Shown one piece after another: positions 38,580-49,118 of a stretch of 64,000 nucleotides of DNA. Origin of the DNA: an uncultured Verrucomicrobiae bacterium. GTDB lineage: Bacteria > Verrucomicrobiota > Verrucomicrobiia > Opitutales > JABDGR01. The translations under genes and the position numbers were made by a program. The notes under the pieces are model-generated. The model was not told the DNA's origin. It was given only the letters and a program-made list of their open reading frames with translations, and searched no databases. Each line of letters begins with the position of its first letter. Within the stretch, counting starts at the first letter, position 1. The stretch is taken from NCBI GenBank assembly GCA_963765205.1, contig CAVXVB010000008.1:384001-448000 (forward strand), in the 5' to 3' direction.

Positions 38580-39211
38580 TATCCGTTTTTCCGGCGGTAG
38601 CGGATGGCGAAAACTATTCCGAAGATGACCAGGAGGACCATGCCAATGAGGTTGGGGATGTTGACCGACGAAGTATGCGGCGGGCCGTCCCACACCACGT
38701 CCATCAGTTCGTCGAAGGTCACGGCCTTGGCGGTGCGGTTTTGGAGGAGCACCGTTTTCCAATCGTCGGGCATCTGCGGCGGCTTGCCGGGTTTGGTGGG
38801 CGGTTGGTCATTGCCGCCGGCGATGAGGCCGTGGATGCTCAAGGCGATGGGGCCATCGTGGACGGGTGGCGGCTCGACGGCGGCAAGTTTCTGGCGCAGG
38901 GCCGCGAGCCGCTGGTCCGCCGGAGGAGGGGCAAGGGAAATGAGCCAGATGCGGGATTGCGGACCGGGTTTCACGGCGGCGACGATGTCAAGGTCATCCG
39001 GGGCGGTGGTGTTGGCGAAATATGTCTCACACACGTCTTGCAGTTTTTTAGTGTAGGTGGCCAGGTCGTCCAGCGAAGCGCGCCCGACGGTGGCGGCCTG
39101 CGGGAGGTAGAATTCCACCCCGGCGGTGTCGAAGCCTTTGGGTATGTCAACGGCTTGGCTCGCCAAAGGACTAAGAAACAAGGCCAGCGACAAGAGGAAG
39201 AATGGTTTCAT
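38579..39211 (-). CDS. Hypothetical exported protein with C-terminal TM anchor
   Basis: Signal peptide; C-terminal hydrophobic helix followed by RYRRK. Confidence 0.65.
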   Translation of the reverse strand: MKPFFLLSLALFLSPLASQAVDIPKGFDTAGVEFYLPQAATVGRASLDDLATYTKKLQDVCETYFANTTAPDDLDIVAAVKPGPQSRIWLISLAPPPADQRLAALRQKLAAVEPPPVHDGPIALSIHGLIAGGNDQPPTKPGKPPQMPDDWKTVLLQNRTAKAVTFDELMDVVWDGPPHTSSVNIPNLIGMVLLVIFGIVFAIRYRRKNG

Positions 39212-39329
39212 TCGCAGGGTCAATTTCAGCATTTTTCGGGAATTAAGCACGCTCAAAAAACGGGCCATCTCCCGCTTGCCAATGGCCGCCGGGATGGCGT
39301 ATATCTAGATACCCCCACCCACCCCACTC

Positions 39330-41063
39330 ATGAACCCCCTCCTTTGGAAACCCCTGGCTGCGTTGGCCGTCTTTAGTCTGGCCGTGGCCGCAACGCAACT
39401 TGACAATTCCGCGCCGGCCACCGCCGCGCCAGCGCCTTTTCCCGTGAATATTACGGTGGACGCCGCCAAAATCGTCGGTCCCTGGAAGCCGGTTTACCGT
39501 TTCTTCGGCGCGGATGAGCCGAATTACGCGACGATGAAAAACGGCACGAAGCTCATCAACGAACTCGGCCAACTACAGCCCGGCGATGTTTACTATCGCG
39601 CGCACAACTTGCTGACCACCGGCGACGGCACGCCCGCCCACAAATGGGGCAGCACCAATGCCTACACCGAGGACAAGGACGGCAATCCCATCTACAACTG
39701 GACCATTCTCGACAAAATTTTCGACACTTACCGCGCCGCCGGCATTCATCCCTATGTGGAGATCGGGTTCATGCCCGAAGCGATGTCCACCCACCCGGAA
39801 CCCTACCAGCACCACTTCGACCAGGGCGAAAGCATTTTCACCGGGTGGGCTTATCCGCCGAAGGATTACAACAAATGGGGCGAACTGGTTTACCAATGGG
39901 CCAAGCATTGCGTGGAGCGCTACGGTTTGGCCGAGGTGCAAAAATGGTATTGGGAGGTTTGGAATGAATCCAACACCCAGCGCAACGGCATCGGATATTG
40001 GAGCGGCTCGATCCCGGATTATTACAAGCTGTATGACTACGCCGCCGCCGGCGTGCGCCGTGCCATCCCAACCGCGCGGGTCGGCGGCGCGGATTCAGCC
40101 GGCAATGGCGGCGCCTGGTCGCGCAATTTCATCGAGCATTGCCTGACGGGCACCAACTACGCCACCGGCCAAGTCGGCGCGCCGTTGGACTTTTTCTCCT
40201 TCCACGCCAAGGGCCACACGCCGACGATGGTGCAGGGCCATTCGCAAATGGGCATTGACGGCCAGCTCCAGGCCATTGACGGCGGCTTCGCCATCGCGGC
40301 CTCGTATCCGCAGACGAAAGGTGAACCCATCGTCATCGGCGAATCCGACCCGGATGGGTGCGCGGCCTGCAATAACGAAGCCTTGAAGGCCTACCGCAAC
40401 AGCTCCGTGTATGCGACTTACACCGCAGCCTGCATCGCGCGCGAGTTCGAGCTGGCTGACCGCCATGGGGTCAATTTCGAAGGCGCGCTGACCTGGGCCT
40501 TCGAATTTGAGAACGAGCCGTATTTCTTCGGCGAACGCGTGCTCGCCAGCAACGGCGTGGACCTGCCCATCCTCGATGTTTTCCGCATGTATGCCAAGAT
40601 GGACGGCCAGCGCGTCGCGACCACGAGCGACCACGGCATCAGCCTCGACAACATCCTGCGCTCCGGCGTGCGGGGCGACCCGGATGTCTCGGCCCTTTCG
40701 ACCCTCGGCAAAAACAAACTCTGTGTCATGGTCTGGCATTATCACGACGACATTGTGCCCGGCCCCGACGCCACGGTGTCGCTCGACCTCTCCGGCCTGC
40801 CGAAGGACGTGACAAAAGTCAAAATCACGCACTACCGCATTGACGACACGCACAGCAATTCTTACACGGCGTGGCAGCGGATGGGTTCGCCGGCGCAACC
40901 GACGCCCGAGCAATACGCGCAACTTGAAAAATCGGGTCTCTTGGAGGAATTGGCGCCATCTGCCGGCGCCACCCCGCCCTCAGCCACGAACGGCGAATTG
41001 AAATTGCCGGCCTTCACCTTGCCCCGCGAGTCGGTGTCGCTGGTGGTCGTGGAGTGGGAATAG
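39330..41063 (+). CDS. GH39 beta-xylosidase
   Basis: FFGADEPNY, PYVEIGFMP, EVWNE, SFHAKG, IGESDP. Confidence 0.9.
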   Translation: MNPLLWKPLAALAVFSLAVAATQLDNSAPATAAPAPFPVNITVDAAKIVGPWKPVYRFFGADEPNYATMKNGTKLINELGQLQPGDVYYRAHNLLTTGDGTPAHKWGSTNAYTEDKDGNPIYNWTILDKIFDTYRAAGIHPYVEIGFMPEAMSTHPEPYQHHFDQGESIFTGWAYPPKDYNKWGELVYQWAKHCVERYGLAEVQKWYWEVWNESNTQRNGIGYWSGSIPDYYKLYDYAAAGVRRAIPTARVGGADSAGNGGAWSRNFIEHCLTGTNYATGQVGAPLDFFSFHAKGHTPTMVQGHSQMGIDGQLQAIDGGFAIAASYPQTKGEPIVIGESDPDGCAACNNEALKAYRNSSVYATYTAACIAREFELADRHGVNFEGALTWAFEFENEPYFFGERVLASNGVDLPILDVFRMYAKMDGQRVATTSDHGISLDNILRSGVRGDPDVSALSTLGKNKLCVMVWHYHDDIVPGPDATVSLDLSGLPKDVTKVKITHYRIDDTHSNSYTAWQRMGSPAQPTPEQYAQLEKSGLLEELAPSAGATPPSATNGELKLPAFTLPRESVSLVVVEWE

Positions 41064-41123
41064 CGTGCGGCACGACCCACTCCCGCGCTTGCCTTTTATA
41101 TAAAATCTGTTTTTAATTACTCC

Positions 41124-41384
41124 ATGTTTGCCGAATATCTCACCAAGGCTGCGGAAAAGGCGGAATACGAAAAAATGGAGACTGGCCGCTTTTTTGCCAC
41201 CATTCCCGGCTTCAAGGGTTTGTGGGCCGATGGCTCCACCGTTGAAGCCGCCCGCCGCGAGCTGCTGGCCACTCTCGAGGGTTGGTTACTACTCGCCATC
41301 CGTTTTGGGGATGAGGTTCCGGTGGTTGGCGGGATCAACTTGAACAAAATCGGCCATCATGCCAAAGCCCGTAAGCCGGCGTGA
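41124..41384 (+). CDS. hicB: HicB family antitoxin
   Basis: FFATIPGFKGLWADGSTVEAARREL. Confidence 0.85.
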   Translation: MFAEYLTKAAEKAEYEKMETGRFFATIPGFKGLWADGSTVEAARRELLATLEGWLLLAIRFGDEVPVVGGINLNKIGHHAKARKPA

Positions 41385-41583
41385 ATTCATCCGCCGAATG
41401 CGGGTGCTAGGCTGGGACGGTCCGCTTCCCGGTGGCCGTCATGAATTTAGGCGGCATCCGCTTACCGACATGAAAGTGCCTATTCCAAATCCCCACCGTG
41501 GCGACATTGATTGGTTGCTGACGAAGCGAGTTCTCAAGCGAGCGAGTATCCGAACAAATGACTGGGATAGGACTTCGCCGTGA
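41359..41583 (+). CDS. hicA: HicA family toxin
   Basis: PVSRREFIRR...GGRHEF...IPNPH. Confidence 0.85.
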   Translation: MPKPVSRREFIRRMRVLGWDGPLPGGRHEFRRHPLTDMKVPIPNPHRGDIDWLLTKRVLKRASIRTNDWDRTSP

Positions 41584-41647
41584 AGTTGGCCGGCCCCGCT
41601 TTCCGCCCTTGCTGGAGTCTGGGAAATGTTGCAACCTAGGCTTCCCC

Positions 41648-44320
41648 ATGAAACCCCACCCTGCTGCCTATTCCGTTCGTTTTGAAAAAAAATCCTTGGT
41701 GAATTTCCTAGCCCGGTGGGCCGCCGCCGTGCTTTCCCTCGCTGCGGCGCTCCTGTCCTCATGTGCCGGGCTGCCGCCGCGCCTTGATGCGGAAGCCAGC
41801 CCGCGCGAGCGAATTAATTTCGATGCCAACTGGCGCTACATCCAGAACGACCCGGGCGACGCAGGCAATACTCTAGCCTATGCTCAAATCAAGCCCGACT
41901 TGCTGGCTAATTCCAATTTTGCCGACTACGTGGTGCGGCCCAATCCGGATCGCAACCCCGGCCAAAACGTGTCGTATGTCAAACCGGACTTTGACGACAG
42001 TTCGTGGCGGCAGTTGAATCTGCCGCACGACTGGGGCGTCGAGGGGCAGTTCGACATGAGCCTTAATGCCGCCACCGGCCACCTGAAATATTTCGGCACC
42101 GCCTGGTATCGCAAGACGTTCGCCATTCCCGCCAGCGACCAGGGCCGCCGCATCCTGCTGGATGTGGATGGCGCGATGGCCTATCCCTCGATCTGGCTCA
42201 ACGGCCAATTTCTCGGCGGCTGGGCCTATGGTTATTCTTCCTTTGAGGTGGACTTAACGCGCTACCTGAAATTCGGCGGGGACAACGTCCTCGCCATCCG
42301 GCTCGACAATCCGAATAATTCCTCGCGGTGGTATCCGGGCGGCGGGATCAACCGCAACGTGTGGCTGGTCAAGACCGACCCCGTCCACGTCGCGCACTGG
42401 GGCGTTTATGTCACGACCCCCGCCGTGACCAAGGATTCCGCCACCGTCAGCGTCAAGGTGGACGTGAGCAATGAAAACGCCGCCACCGCGAGCGCGCGCG
42501 TGCAAACTGAAATTTACGCGCTCGACGCCAACGGCCAACCCTCCGGCGCGCCCCTGGCCTCCGCCACCTCGGACAGCCTGAGCGTGGACCCCGGCGCCAT
42601 CAAATCCGCCGCGCTCTCGCTGCGGGTCGCCAATCCGAAATTATGGGATCTGCAGAATCCGAACCTCTATGCCGCCGTCACCACCGTGTTGCAGAATGGC
42701 CGGGAGGTGGACCGCACGGTCAGCAATTTCGGCATCCGTACAATCTGGTTCGATCCAAACCTAGGCTTTTTCCTCAACGGCGTGCATGTGCCGCTCAACG
42801 GCGTGTGCGACCATGCCGACCTGGGGCCGCTGGGCAGCGTGGTCAATGTGCGCGGCCTCCAGCGCCAACTCGAGATCCTCAAGGAAATGGGGTGCAACGC
42901 CATTCGCACGAGTCACAATATGCCCGCGCCCGAGTTGCTCGACCTGTGCGACAAAATGGGCATTATGGTCATGGATGAGTCGTTCGACACCTGGGACCGC
43001 GCCAAGTCCCGCAGCGACTACAACCTCCTGTGGCCCGACTGGCACACGACGGACGAACGCTGCCAAGTCCGCCGCGACCGCAACCATCCGTCGGTCATTT
43101 TGTGGAGCGTCGGCAACGAAATCGGCGACCAAGGCTCGGCACTCGGCAACCAAATCCTCGCCGAATTAATCACGACGGTTCATGCGGAAGACCCCACGCG
43201 CCGGGTCCTCACCAACAACAGCAGCAACAACGGATTTACCATTTATCCGGAGGATGAATACGCCTACGGCTACAGTTACGAGCCGCGCATCAACCCCGGT
43301 TACACGGCCTACCATCAGCAGCGACCCAACGTCGTTCTGATGAGCAGCGAGTCGGCCTCGTGTATCAGCGCGCGCGGCGTGTATGTGTTCCCGATGACAG
43401 ACAACAAGAGTGGCGGTGCCGCGCCCAATCATTTGATGAGTTCCTACGACCTCTACGCGCCGCCCTGGGCCAGCAAGCCCGACACGGAGTTTGCCGCGCT
43501 GGACCAGAATCCCTTTGCCGCGGGTGAATTTGTATGGACGGGTTTTGATTACATCGGCGAGCCGACGAACAACGGCCCCGGCGGCGGCGGGGGTGGCGCC
43601 CGCGCCGCGGGCAACGGACCACCCGACACCTCGCGCAGTTCCTACTTTGGCATCATTGACCTCGACGGTTTCAAGAAGGACCGCTTCTACCTCTACCAGG
43701 CGCGCTGGCGGCCGGATTTGCCGATGGCGCACATATTGCCACATTGGAACTGGGCCGGCCGCGAAGGCCAGGTGACGCCCGTAATGGTTTACACTTCGGG
43801 CGACGAGGCCGAGTTGTTCCTCAACGGCGTCTCGCAAGGCCGCAAAACCAAGGGCCAGTTTGAATACCGTCTGCGCTGGGACGACGTGGTTTACCAGCCC
43901 GGCGAACTGCACGTCGTCTCCTACAAAAACGGCAAGGTCTGGGCCGAGGAAACCGTCAAGACCACGGGCGCCGCCGCCCAGGTCAACCTCGCCGCCGACC
44001 GCGCCGCCATCGCCAACGACGGCTCGGACCTTTCCTACATCACTGTTTCCATCAAGGACAAGGCCGGCCTCACGGCGCCGACCGCAATGAACGCGCTCCA
44101 CTACGAAATCTCCGGCCCCGGCGAAATCGTCGCGGTAGACAATGGCGACGAGACGAGCCTCCTGCCTTTCCAAAACAGCAAGGACAGCAAAGCCTTCAAC
44201 GGCCTCGCGCTCGTCATCGTCCGCGCCAAACCCGGCCAATCCGGCAAAATCACCCTCACCGCGACTTCCGACGGCCTGACGGCGGGGACGGTGGATGTTG
44301 CGGCGAATGCGCCTGAATAA
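41648..44320 (+). CDS. GH2 beta-galactosidase (GalB-like)
   Basis: LPHDW, SRWYPGGG, IRTSHN, RNHPSVILWSVGNE, WTGFDYIGEP. Confidence 0.9.
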   Translation: MKPHPAAYSVRFEKKSLVNFLARWAAAVLSLAAALLSSCAGLPPRLDAEASPRERINFDANWRYIQNDPGDAGNTLAYAQIKPDLLANSNFADYVVRPNPDRNPGQNVSYVKPDFDDSSWRQLNLPHDWGVEGQFDMSLNAATGHLKYFGTAWYRKTFAIPASDQGRRILLDVDGAMAYPSIWLNGQFLGGWAYGYSSFEVDLTRYLKFGGDNVLAIRLDNPNNSSRWYPGGGINRNVWLVKTDPVHVAHWGVYVTTPAVTKDSATVSVKVDVSNENAATASARVQTEIYALDANGQPSGAPLASATSDSLSVDPGAIKSAALSLRVANPKLWDLQNPNLYAAVTTVLQNGREVDRTVSNFGIRTIWFDPNLGFFLNGVHVPLNGVCDHADLGPLGSVVNVRGLQRQLEILKEMGCNAIRTSHNMPAPELLDLCDKMGIMVMDESFDTWDRAKSRSDYNLLWPDWHTTDERCQVRRDRNHPSVILWSVGNEIGDQGSALGNQILAELITTVHAEDPTRRVLTNNSSNNGFTIYPEDEYAYGYSYEPRINPGYTAYHQQRPNVVLMSSESASCISARGVYVFPMTDNKSGGAAPNHLMSSYDLYAPPWASKPDTEFAALDQNPFAAGEFVWTGFDYIGEPTNNGPGGGGGGARAAGNGPPDTSRSSYFGIIDLDGFKKDRFYLYQARWRPDLPMAHILPHWNWAGREGQVTPVMVYTSGDEAELFLNGVSQGRKTKGQFEYRLRWDDVVYQPGELHVVSYKNGKVWAEETVKTTGAAAQVNLAADRAAIANDGSDLSYITVSIKDKAGLTAPTAMNALHYEISGPGEIVAVDNGDETSLLPFQNSKDSKAFNGLALVIVRAKPGQSGKITLTATSDGLTAGTVDVAANAPE

Positions 44321-44438
44321 TGGAAAATGAAAGATGGAAAAATAAATGCCGCCGGTCGCCAGTCCTCCCTTGTCCAAAGGCGCCATTTTGTTTGCGTGTG
44401 ATTTTTCCATTTTCCATCTTCCATTTTCCATTCTGCTT

Positions 44439-45305
44439 ATGTCAACTTGGCTTCTTCTCGACGGCAACAATCTCGCCTACCGCGCGTTCTACGGCATGCC
44501 GGAGCTGGCGCGCGCGGACGGCTTCCCAACGGGCGCGCTGCACGGCTGGGTGCGCACGCTTTGGATGCTCCAGGACCAGGAAAAGGGCGCGCGCGCCGTC
44601 GCCTTTTTCGATCTCGGCGCATCCACCCGGCACGAAGCATTGCTCGCCGATTACAAGGCCCAGCGCAAGGAAATGCCCCAGCCGCTCTTTCAACAATTGG
44701 AGCCCATCAAGAAGCTGACGCGCGCGCTCGGCCTCGCCGTCGTCGAGCAGCGCGGCATTGAGGCCGACGACCTGCTGGCCTCTGCGGCGCAAAAATTATC
44801 CGCCGCGGGCAACACGGTGCTCATTGTCAGTGCCGATAAAGACTTCGGCCAGCTCGTGGGCGATGGTGTCCTCCAACTCGTGCCGCCAGCGACCGCCAAC
44901 CCCAAACTCGGCTGGAAGCGGCTCAATGCCGCGGGAGTGAAGGAAAAATTCGGTGTAGGCCCCGCGCAAATTCCCGCGCTGCTCGCCCTCACCGGCGACA
45001 CGTCGGACAACATCCCCGGCCTCGACGGCGTCGGCTACAAGACCGCCGCCAAATGGCTCGACGAGTTTGGCGACCTCGACACCCTGCTGCGCCGGTGGGA
45101 CTGGGTGAAACCCGAACGCTTCCGCCCGCAACTGCGCGACGCCGGCGCGTTGATGAAACGCAATCTGGAACTCGTCACCCTCCAAACCAGCCTCGACCCC
45201 GGCCCGCTCGACCCGCCCCAGCCCGATCTCGCCGCTGCCTGCGCGCTGCTCGAGGAAATGGAAATGAAGCGCACCCTTGAAGAGGCGAGGCGGCGGCTGG
45301 GATAA
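44439..45305 (+). CDS. Stand-alone 5'-3' exonuclease (PolA N-terminal/FEN-like)
   Basis: LLDGNNLAYRAFY, EADD, SADKDF, GDTSDNIPG.G.G.KTA; no polymerase domain. Confidence 0.9.
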   Translation: MSTWLLLDGNNLAYRAFYGMPELARADGFPTGALHGWVRTLWMLQDQEKGARAVAFFDLGASTRHEALLADYKAQRKEMPQPLFQQLEPIKKLTRALGLAVVEQRGIEADDLLASAAQKLSAAGNTVLIVSADKDFGQLVGDGVLQLVPPATANPKLGWKRLNAAGVKEKFGVGPAQIPALLALTGDTSDNIPGLDGVGYKTAAKWLDEFGDLDTLLRRWDWVKPERFRPQLRDAGALMKRNLELVTLQTSLDPGPLDPPQPDLAAACALLEEMEMKRTLEEARRRLG

Positions 45306-45438
45306 AGCGCAAAAATTTTACCCAAAGAATACAAGGAGGCCATTAGTGAAGGACTTTTTTTGTGTTTATTTCGGCGGTGGGTCAATTTAGCATTACCCGC
45401 GTTTTCCGTGTTTTCCTTGGTTCAATTTTAACCTCCCC

Positions 45439-47574
45439 ATGCATTTCACTCCAATCTTGCTGATGGTGCTTGCGCAAACGCCGGCGCAAGCGCAGCCCCA
45501 CGCCTCCGCTGCCGAAGCCGGCCCGGCCCTGCCGCCAAATGTATTGTCCGTTCCCGACCACGGATGGATGCCGCTCTTCAATGGAGAAAACCTCGACGGC
45601 TGGTATACCTACCGTGTGCGCGACGGCAAAAACAACGATGTCCAGCATGTCTTCAAGGTCGAAAATGGCACGATTCATGTGCTCGACGTGCCCGACCCGG
45701 CCACACCGCAGCCCAACGGTTATCTGGCGACCAACGAGGAATTTCGCAACTACCGCGTGCGGCTCGAATACAAATGGGGCACCATTAAATTCGCCGTGCC
45801 CCGTCATCCCGACGGCCTCCCGCGCGACGCCGGCCTGCTTTACCATATGACCGGCCCCGACCGGGTCTGGCCGACTTGCGTCGAATTCCAAATTGACGAG
45901 CACACCACCGGCGACGTGTTTTTGCTGCCCAACAACCCGCCCAATCCATCCGCCGACACGTCGGTAGTCGCCAACGCCGACGGCACCCCGCGGGAACAAG
46001 GGCGCGGCGTTTATACCTTTCAGGCCGGCGGCGTGTGGGTTACCGACCATGGCCAGCGCCTCATCCGCAGCCAGCAATTCGACACCATGGATGGATGGAA
46101 CACGGTCGAGCTGTTCACGACCGAAAACAGCGGGGTCCACGTCGTGAATGGCCACGTCAATAATTTCGTGCGTAATCTGCAACTGCCCAACAACGGCGGC
46201 CCGTTGAGCCAGGGCAAAATACTCCTGCAGGAAGAAAACAACGAAGTCTTTTACCGCAAGGTCGAAATCAAGCCGCTGTTTGCGGATCGTTACGGCGGCC
46301 CGGCGTATAAGGTGCTCGTGGTTGGCGCCGCCGCGAATGATCCGGCGGCCCAAGCCGTCCAAAAACTTGGCACGGAAAACAATTTTACCGCAGACTTGGG
46401 CGATCCCGCTTCGTTCACCGCGGACAATCTGAAGCAATACAAGGCCGTGGTGGTTTTAAGTGGCGGCATCGGTGCGGTCAACTTCGGCGAGCAGCAAGCC
46501 CTCCAGGACTACCTCCACGCCGGCGGCGGTTTCGTCGCGCTGGCAGCGGCCGCCGAAGCCAAGCCCGGTTGGGATTGGTATGCCAGGCTCGTCGGCGCGG
46601 TGGTGGACAACGCGCCCACCGCCATGGCCCAGCTCAAACTTGAGGACGCCTACCATACTTCGACCTCGTCGCTGCCCCTGACCTGGTTACACGCCGACCA
46701 GTGGCCCAACTTCAAAGCCAACCCGCGCGCGCAGGTGCATGTTATCGCCACCGTGGATGAATCCACCTACACGGGCGGCACCATGGGTGCGGACCATCCG
46801 GTGGCGTGGTGCCAGTATTTCGAGGGCGGCCGCTCGTTTTACACCGCGCTCGGCTCCGCGAAAGAGGACTATTCCGACCCGCTGTTCCTGATCCACCTGC
46901 TCGGCGGCATCTGCTTTGCCGCGAACACCGATGGCGCCCCGCCGCCGGGGGCGACCGTGCTCTTTGACGGCACCGACACTTCGCACTGGGTCGGCAAGGA
47001 CAACACGACCTTCACCTGGTTGTTCCACGACGGCGTAATCGAGCCGCCGCCCGCCACCTACCCCAACGGGGTCCGCGTGATGACCGGCGACCTGCACACG
47101 AAGGAAACCTACACGGACTTTCAACTGCACGTCGAGTTCAAGGTGCCCGCCACCAATTTTGACCCCGATCGGCAAGAACAGTCGCGCGGCAACAGCGGCG
47201 TGTATATGCAAGGGCGTTACGAGAACCAGATCCTCGACAGCTACGACCACCCCATCGCGGGAATGAACGACGAGGGTGCGATTTATGGCATCAAGGACGC
47301 CGACTTTAACGCGAGCGTCCCGGCCGAAGTCTGGCAAGCCTATGACATCACTTTCCACGCCGCGCGCTGGCAGGACGGTAAAAAAATCTCCGATGCGCGG
47401 GTCACTTCGTATCTCAACGGCGTGCGCGTGCAAAATGACACGGCCATCCCCCGCTCCACTCAAAGCAGCATGATGACCGAAGGCCCCGAGCCCGGCCCGA
47501 TTGCGCTGCAGGACCACCTCAACGCCGTGCAATTCCGCTACGTTTGGGTCAAGCCGCTCACCGATTCAAAATAA
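45439..47574 (+). CDS. DUF1080-ThuA-DUF1080 protein (3-keto-disaccharide hydrolase-like)
   Basis: LFNGENLDGW...EFQI; ThuA-like GGGFV..GRSFYTALG; second LFDG...GNSGVY...YENQILD..LQDH. Confidence 0.8.
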   Translation: MHFTPILLMVLAQTPAQAQPHASAAEAGPALPPNVLSVPDHGWMPLFNGENLDGWYTYRVRDGKNNDVQHVFKVENGTIHVLDVPDPATPQPNGYLATNEEFRNYRVRLEYKWGTIKFAVPRHPDGLPRDAGLLYHMTGPDRVWPTCVEFQIDEHTTGDVFLLPNNPPNPSADTSVVANADGTPREQGRGVYTFQAGGVWVTDHGQRLIRSQQFDTMDGWNTVELFTTENSGVHVVNGHVNNFVRNLQLPNNGGPLSQGKILLQEENNEVFYRKVEIKPLFADRYGGPAYKVLVVGAAANDPAAQAVQKLGTENNFTADLGDPASFTADNLKQYKAVVVLSGGIGAVNFGEQQALQDYLHAGGGFVALAAAAEAKPGWDWYARLVGAVVDNAPTAMAQLKLEDAYHTSTSSLPLTWLHADQWPNFKANPRAQVHVIATVDESTYTGGTMGADHPVAWCQYFEGGRSFYTALGSAKEDYSDPLFLIHLLGGICFAANTDGAPPPGATVLFDGTDTSHWVGKDNTTFTWLFHDGVIEPPPATYPNGVRVMTGDLHTKETYTDFQLHVEFKVPATNFDPDRQEQSRGNSGVYMQGRYENQILDSYDHPIAGMNDEGAIYGIKDADFNASVPAEVWQAYDITFHAARWQDGKKISDARVTSYLNGVRVQNDTAIPRSTQSSMMTEGPEPGPIALQDHLNAVQFRYVWVKPLTDSK

Positions 47575-47584
47575 GGCGGGCGGC

Positions 47585-48253
47585 TCAATTTCTTGGTTTC
47601 TGCAAAAACTCCAGCACTTCGCGTAGGGAGCCAGCGCGGGCGGCGGCGAGTTTTTGCGCGGTGGAGGAGACGGGCGCCAGATCGGGAATCCACACCGCTC
47701 GGGCGCCCGAGGCGTGCGCGGCCTGCAGCCCCGGCTCGGAGTCCTCGAACACACCGCAATTTTCCGCCGCCGCACCCAGCGCCGCGGCCGCGCGCAGATA
47801 AATGTCCGGCGCAGGCTTGCCGCGCTCGACCTGGTCACCGCCGATGACAACGTGGAAAAATCCGCGCAGATTCGCCGCCGCCAGCTTGCGCTCGGCCTTG
47901 GGGGTGCGCGTGGAGGTTGCCACCGCACAGGGTCGGTTCTGTGCGGCGAGCCAAGCGAGCAATTCCGCCACGCCCTCCTTCACCGGGACGCCTTGCGCGA
48001 GGAAAACCTCGTAATGTTGTTCCGAGCGCGCGACCAGCCGGGTGGTCAGCGCTTCGTCGCCGACGCGCGCGGCGAGCCGCTGGAAAATGTCCGACCCGCG
48101 CCGGCCGATGAGTTCGAGGAAGGCATCTTCCGGCAGGGGCACGCCCAAGTCGTCCGCGGCGGCGTGGAGCGCGCGGCGCGAGAGGCGCTCGGTGTCGAAG
48201 AGCAGGCCATCCATATCGAAGACGAAGGCCCTGCAATCGTGGAGAAATTCCAT
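47585..48253 (-). CDS. HAD-family phosphatase
   Basis: FDMDGLLFDTE, ATS, KPAPD, FEDS. Confidence 0.9.
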   Translation of the reverse strand: MEFLHDCRAFVFDMDGLLFDTERLSRRALHAAADDLGVPLPEDAFLELIGRRGSDIFQRLAARVGDEALTTRLVARSEQHYEVFLAQGVPVKEGVAELLAWLAAQNRPCAVATSTRTPKAERKLAAANLRGFFHVVIGGDQVERGKPAPDIYLRAAAALGAAAENCGVFEDSEPGLQAAHASGARAVWIPDLAPVSSTAQKLAAARAGSLREVLEFLQKPRN

Positions 48254-48265
48254 AAAGGAGTTGTT

Positions 48266-48340
48266 TTACCGCAAAACACACAAAGGACGCAAAAGAGAAT
48301 CGTTGTTATTCCTTTGCGTCTTTTGCGTTTTTTGCGGTAA
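48266..48340. repeat. Intergenic inverted repeat with 9-bp internal periodicity
   Basis: TTACCGCAAAACACACAAAGGACGCAAAAG...CTTTGCGTCTTTTGCGTTTTTTGCGGTAA. Confidence 0.75.
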
Positions 48341-48349
48341 TAAATCCAG

Positions 48350-49105
48350 ATGCCAACGCTCGACCAAATCGCCGCCTACTGCGACCGGCGGGTGCGCGTG
48401 CGCGCCATCGCCGATTTTCCCGGCGCGCTCAACGGCTTGCAAGTATCCAATTCCGGGCGCGTGACGAAAATCGGCGCGGCGGTGGACGCCGGGATGGTGC
48501 CGTTTGCGCTGGCCGCCGCGTCGGGCGTGGACTTTCTCATCGTCCACCACGGAATGTTCTGGGATGGCGCGCAGCCCATCACCGACGAGCGCCAAGCCCG
48601 GCTGAAGGCCTTATTTGACGCCGATTGCGCGGTTTATTCCGCCCACCTGCCGCTCGATGCCCATCCGAAAATCGGCAACAACACGCTGATTGCGCGTGCG
48701 CTCGGGCTGAAGGTTTCCGGCTGGGGCATCCCCTATCAGGGCACGCTGATTGCGGCGCTCGTGGACCAGGCGCCGCCGCGCATACAGTTGAAGAAAAAAC
48801 TGGAAAAGCTTTTCCCGCGTGGCATCACGGCGCTCGAATTCGGCCCGGCCCGGCCGCGCCGGCTGGCGATCATCAGCGGCAGCGGCAGCTCGTGCGTCGC
48901 GCACCTGCGCGAAGCGGGCGCGGATACGTTGGTGACGGGCGAGCTGAAGCAGTCCGCGTTCAACGCTGCGCAGGAAGCAGGCCTCAATTTGTATATTTGC
49001 GGGCATTATGCAACGGAGATTTTCGGCGTGTGCGCGCTGGCGCGGGAGTGCGCGGCCCGGTTCCGCGTGCCCTGGGAATTTCTCGACACTGGCTGCCCGC
49101 TCTGA
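48350..49105 (+). CDS. Nif3-like dinuclear metal centre protein
   Basis: [26 protein letters not shown]. Confidence 0.92.
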   Translation: MPTLDQIAAYCDRRVRVRAIADFPGALNGLQVSNSGRVTKIGAAVDAGMVPFALAAASGVDFLIVHHGMFWDGAQPITDERQARLKALFDADCAVYSAHLPLDAHPKIGNNTLIARALGLKVSGWGIPYQGTLIAALVDQAPPRIQLKKKLEKLFPRGITALEFGPARPRRLAIISGSGSSCVAHLREAGADTLVTGELKQSAFNAAQEAGLNLYICGHYATEIFGVCALARECAARFRVPWEFLDTGCPL

Positions 49106-49118
49106 TTGCCTTGCGCCC

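Noticed and set aside
44439..45305. Truncated polA pseudogene
   Set aside because: Clean stop, intact motifs and no polymerase remnant downstream; stand-alone 5'-3' exonucleases are well known
15992..47532. Long antisense ORFs (e.g. 15992-17392, 22871-24670, 35757-36965, 43166-44470)
   Set aside because: Shadow frames of GC-rich genes that have clear family motifs on the opposite strand
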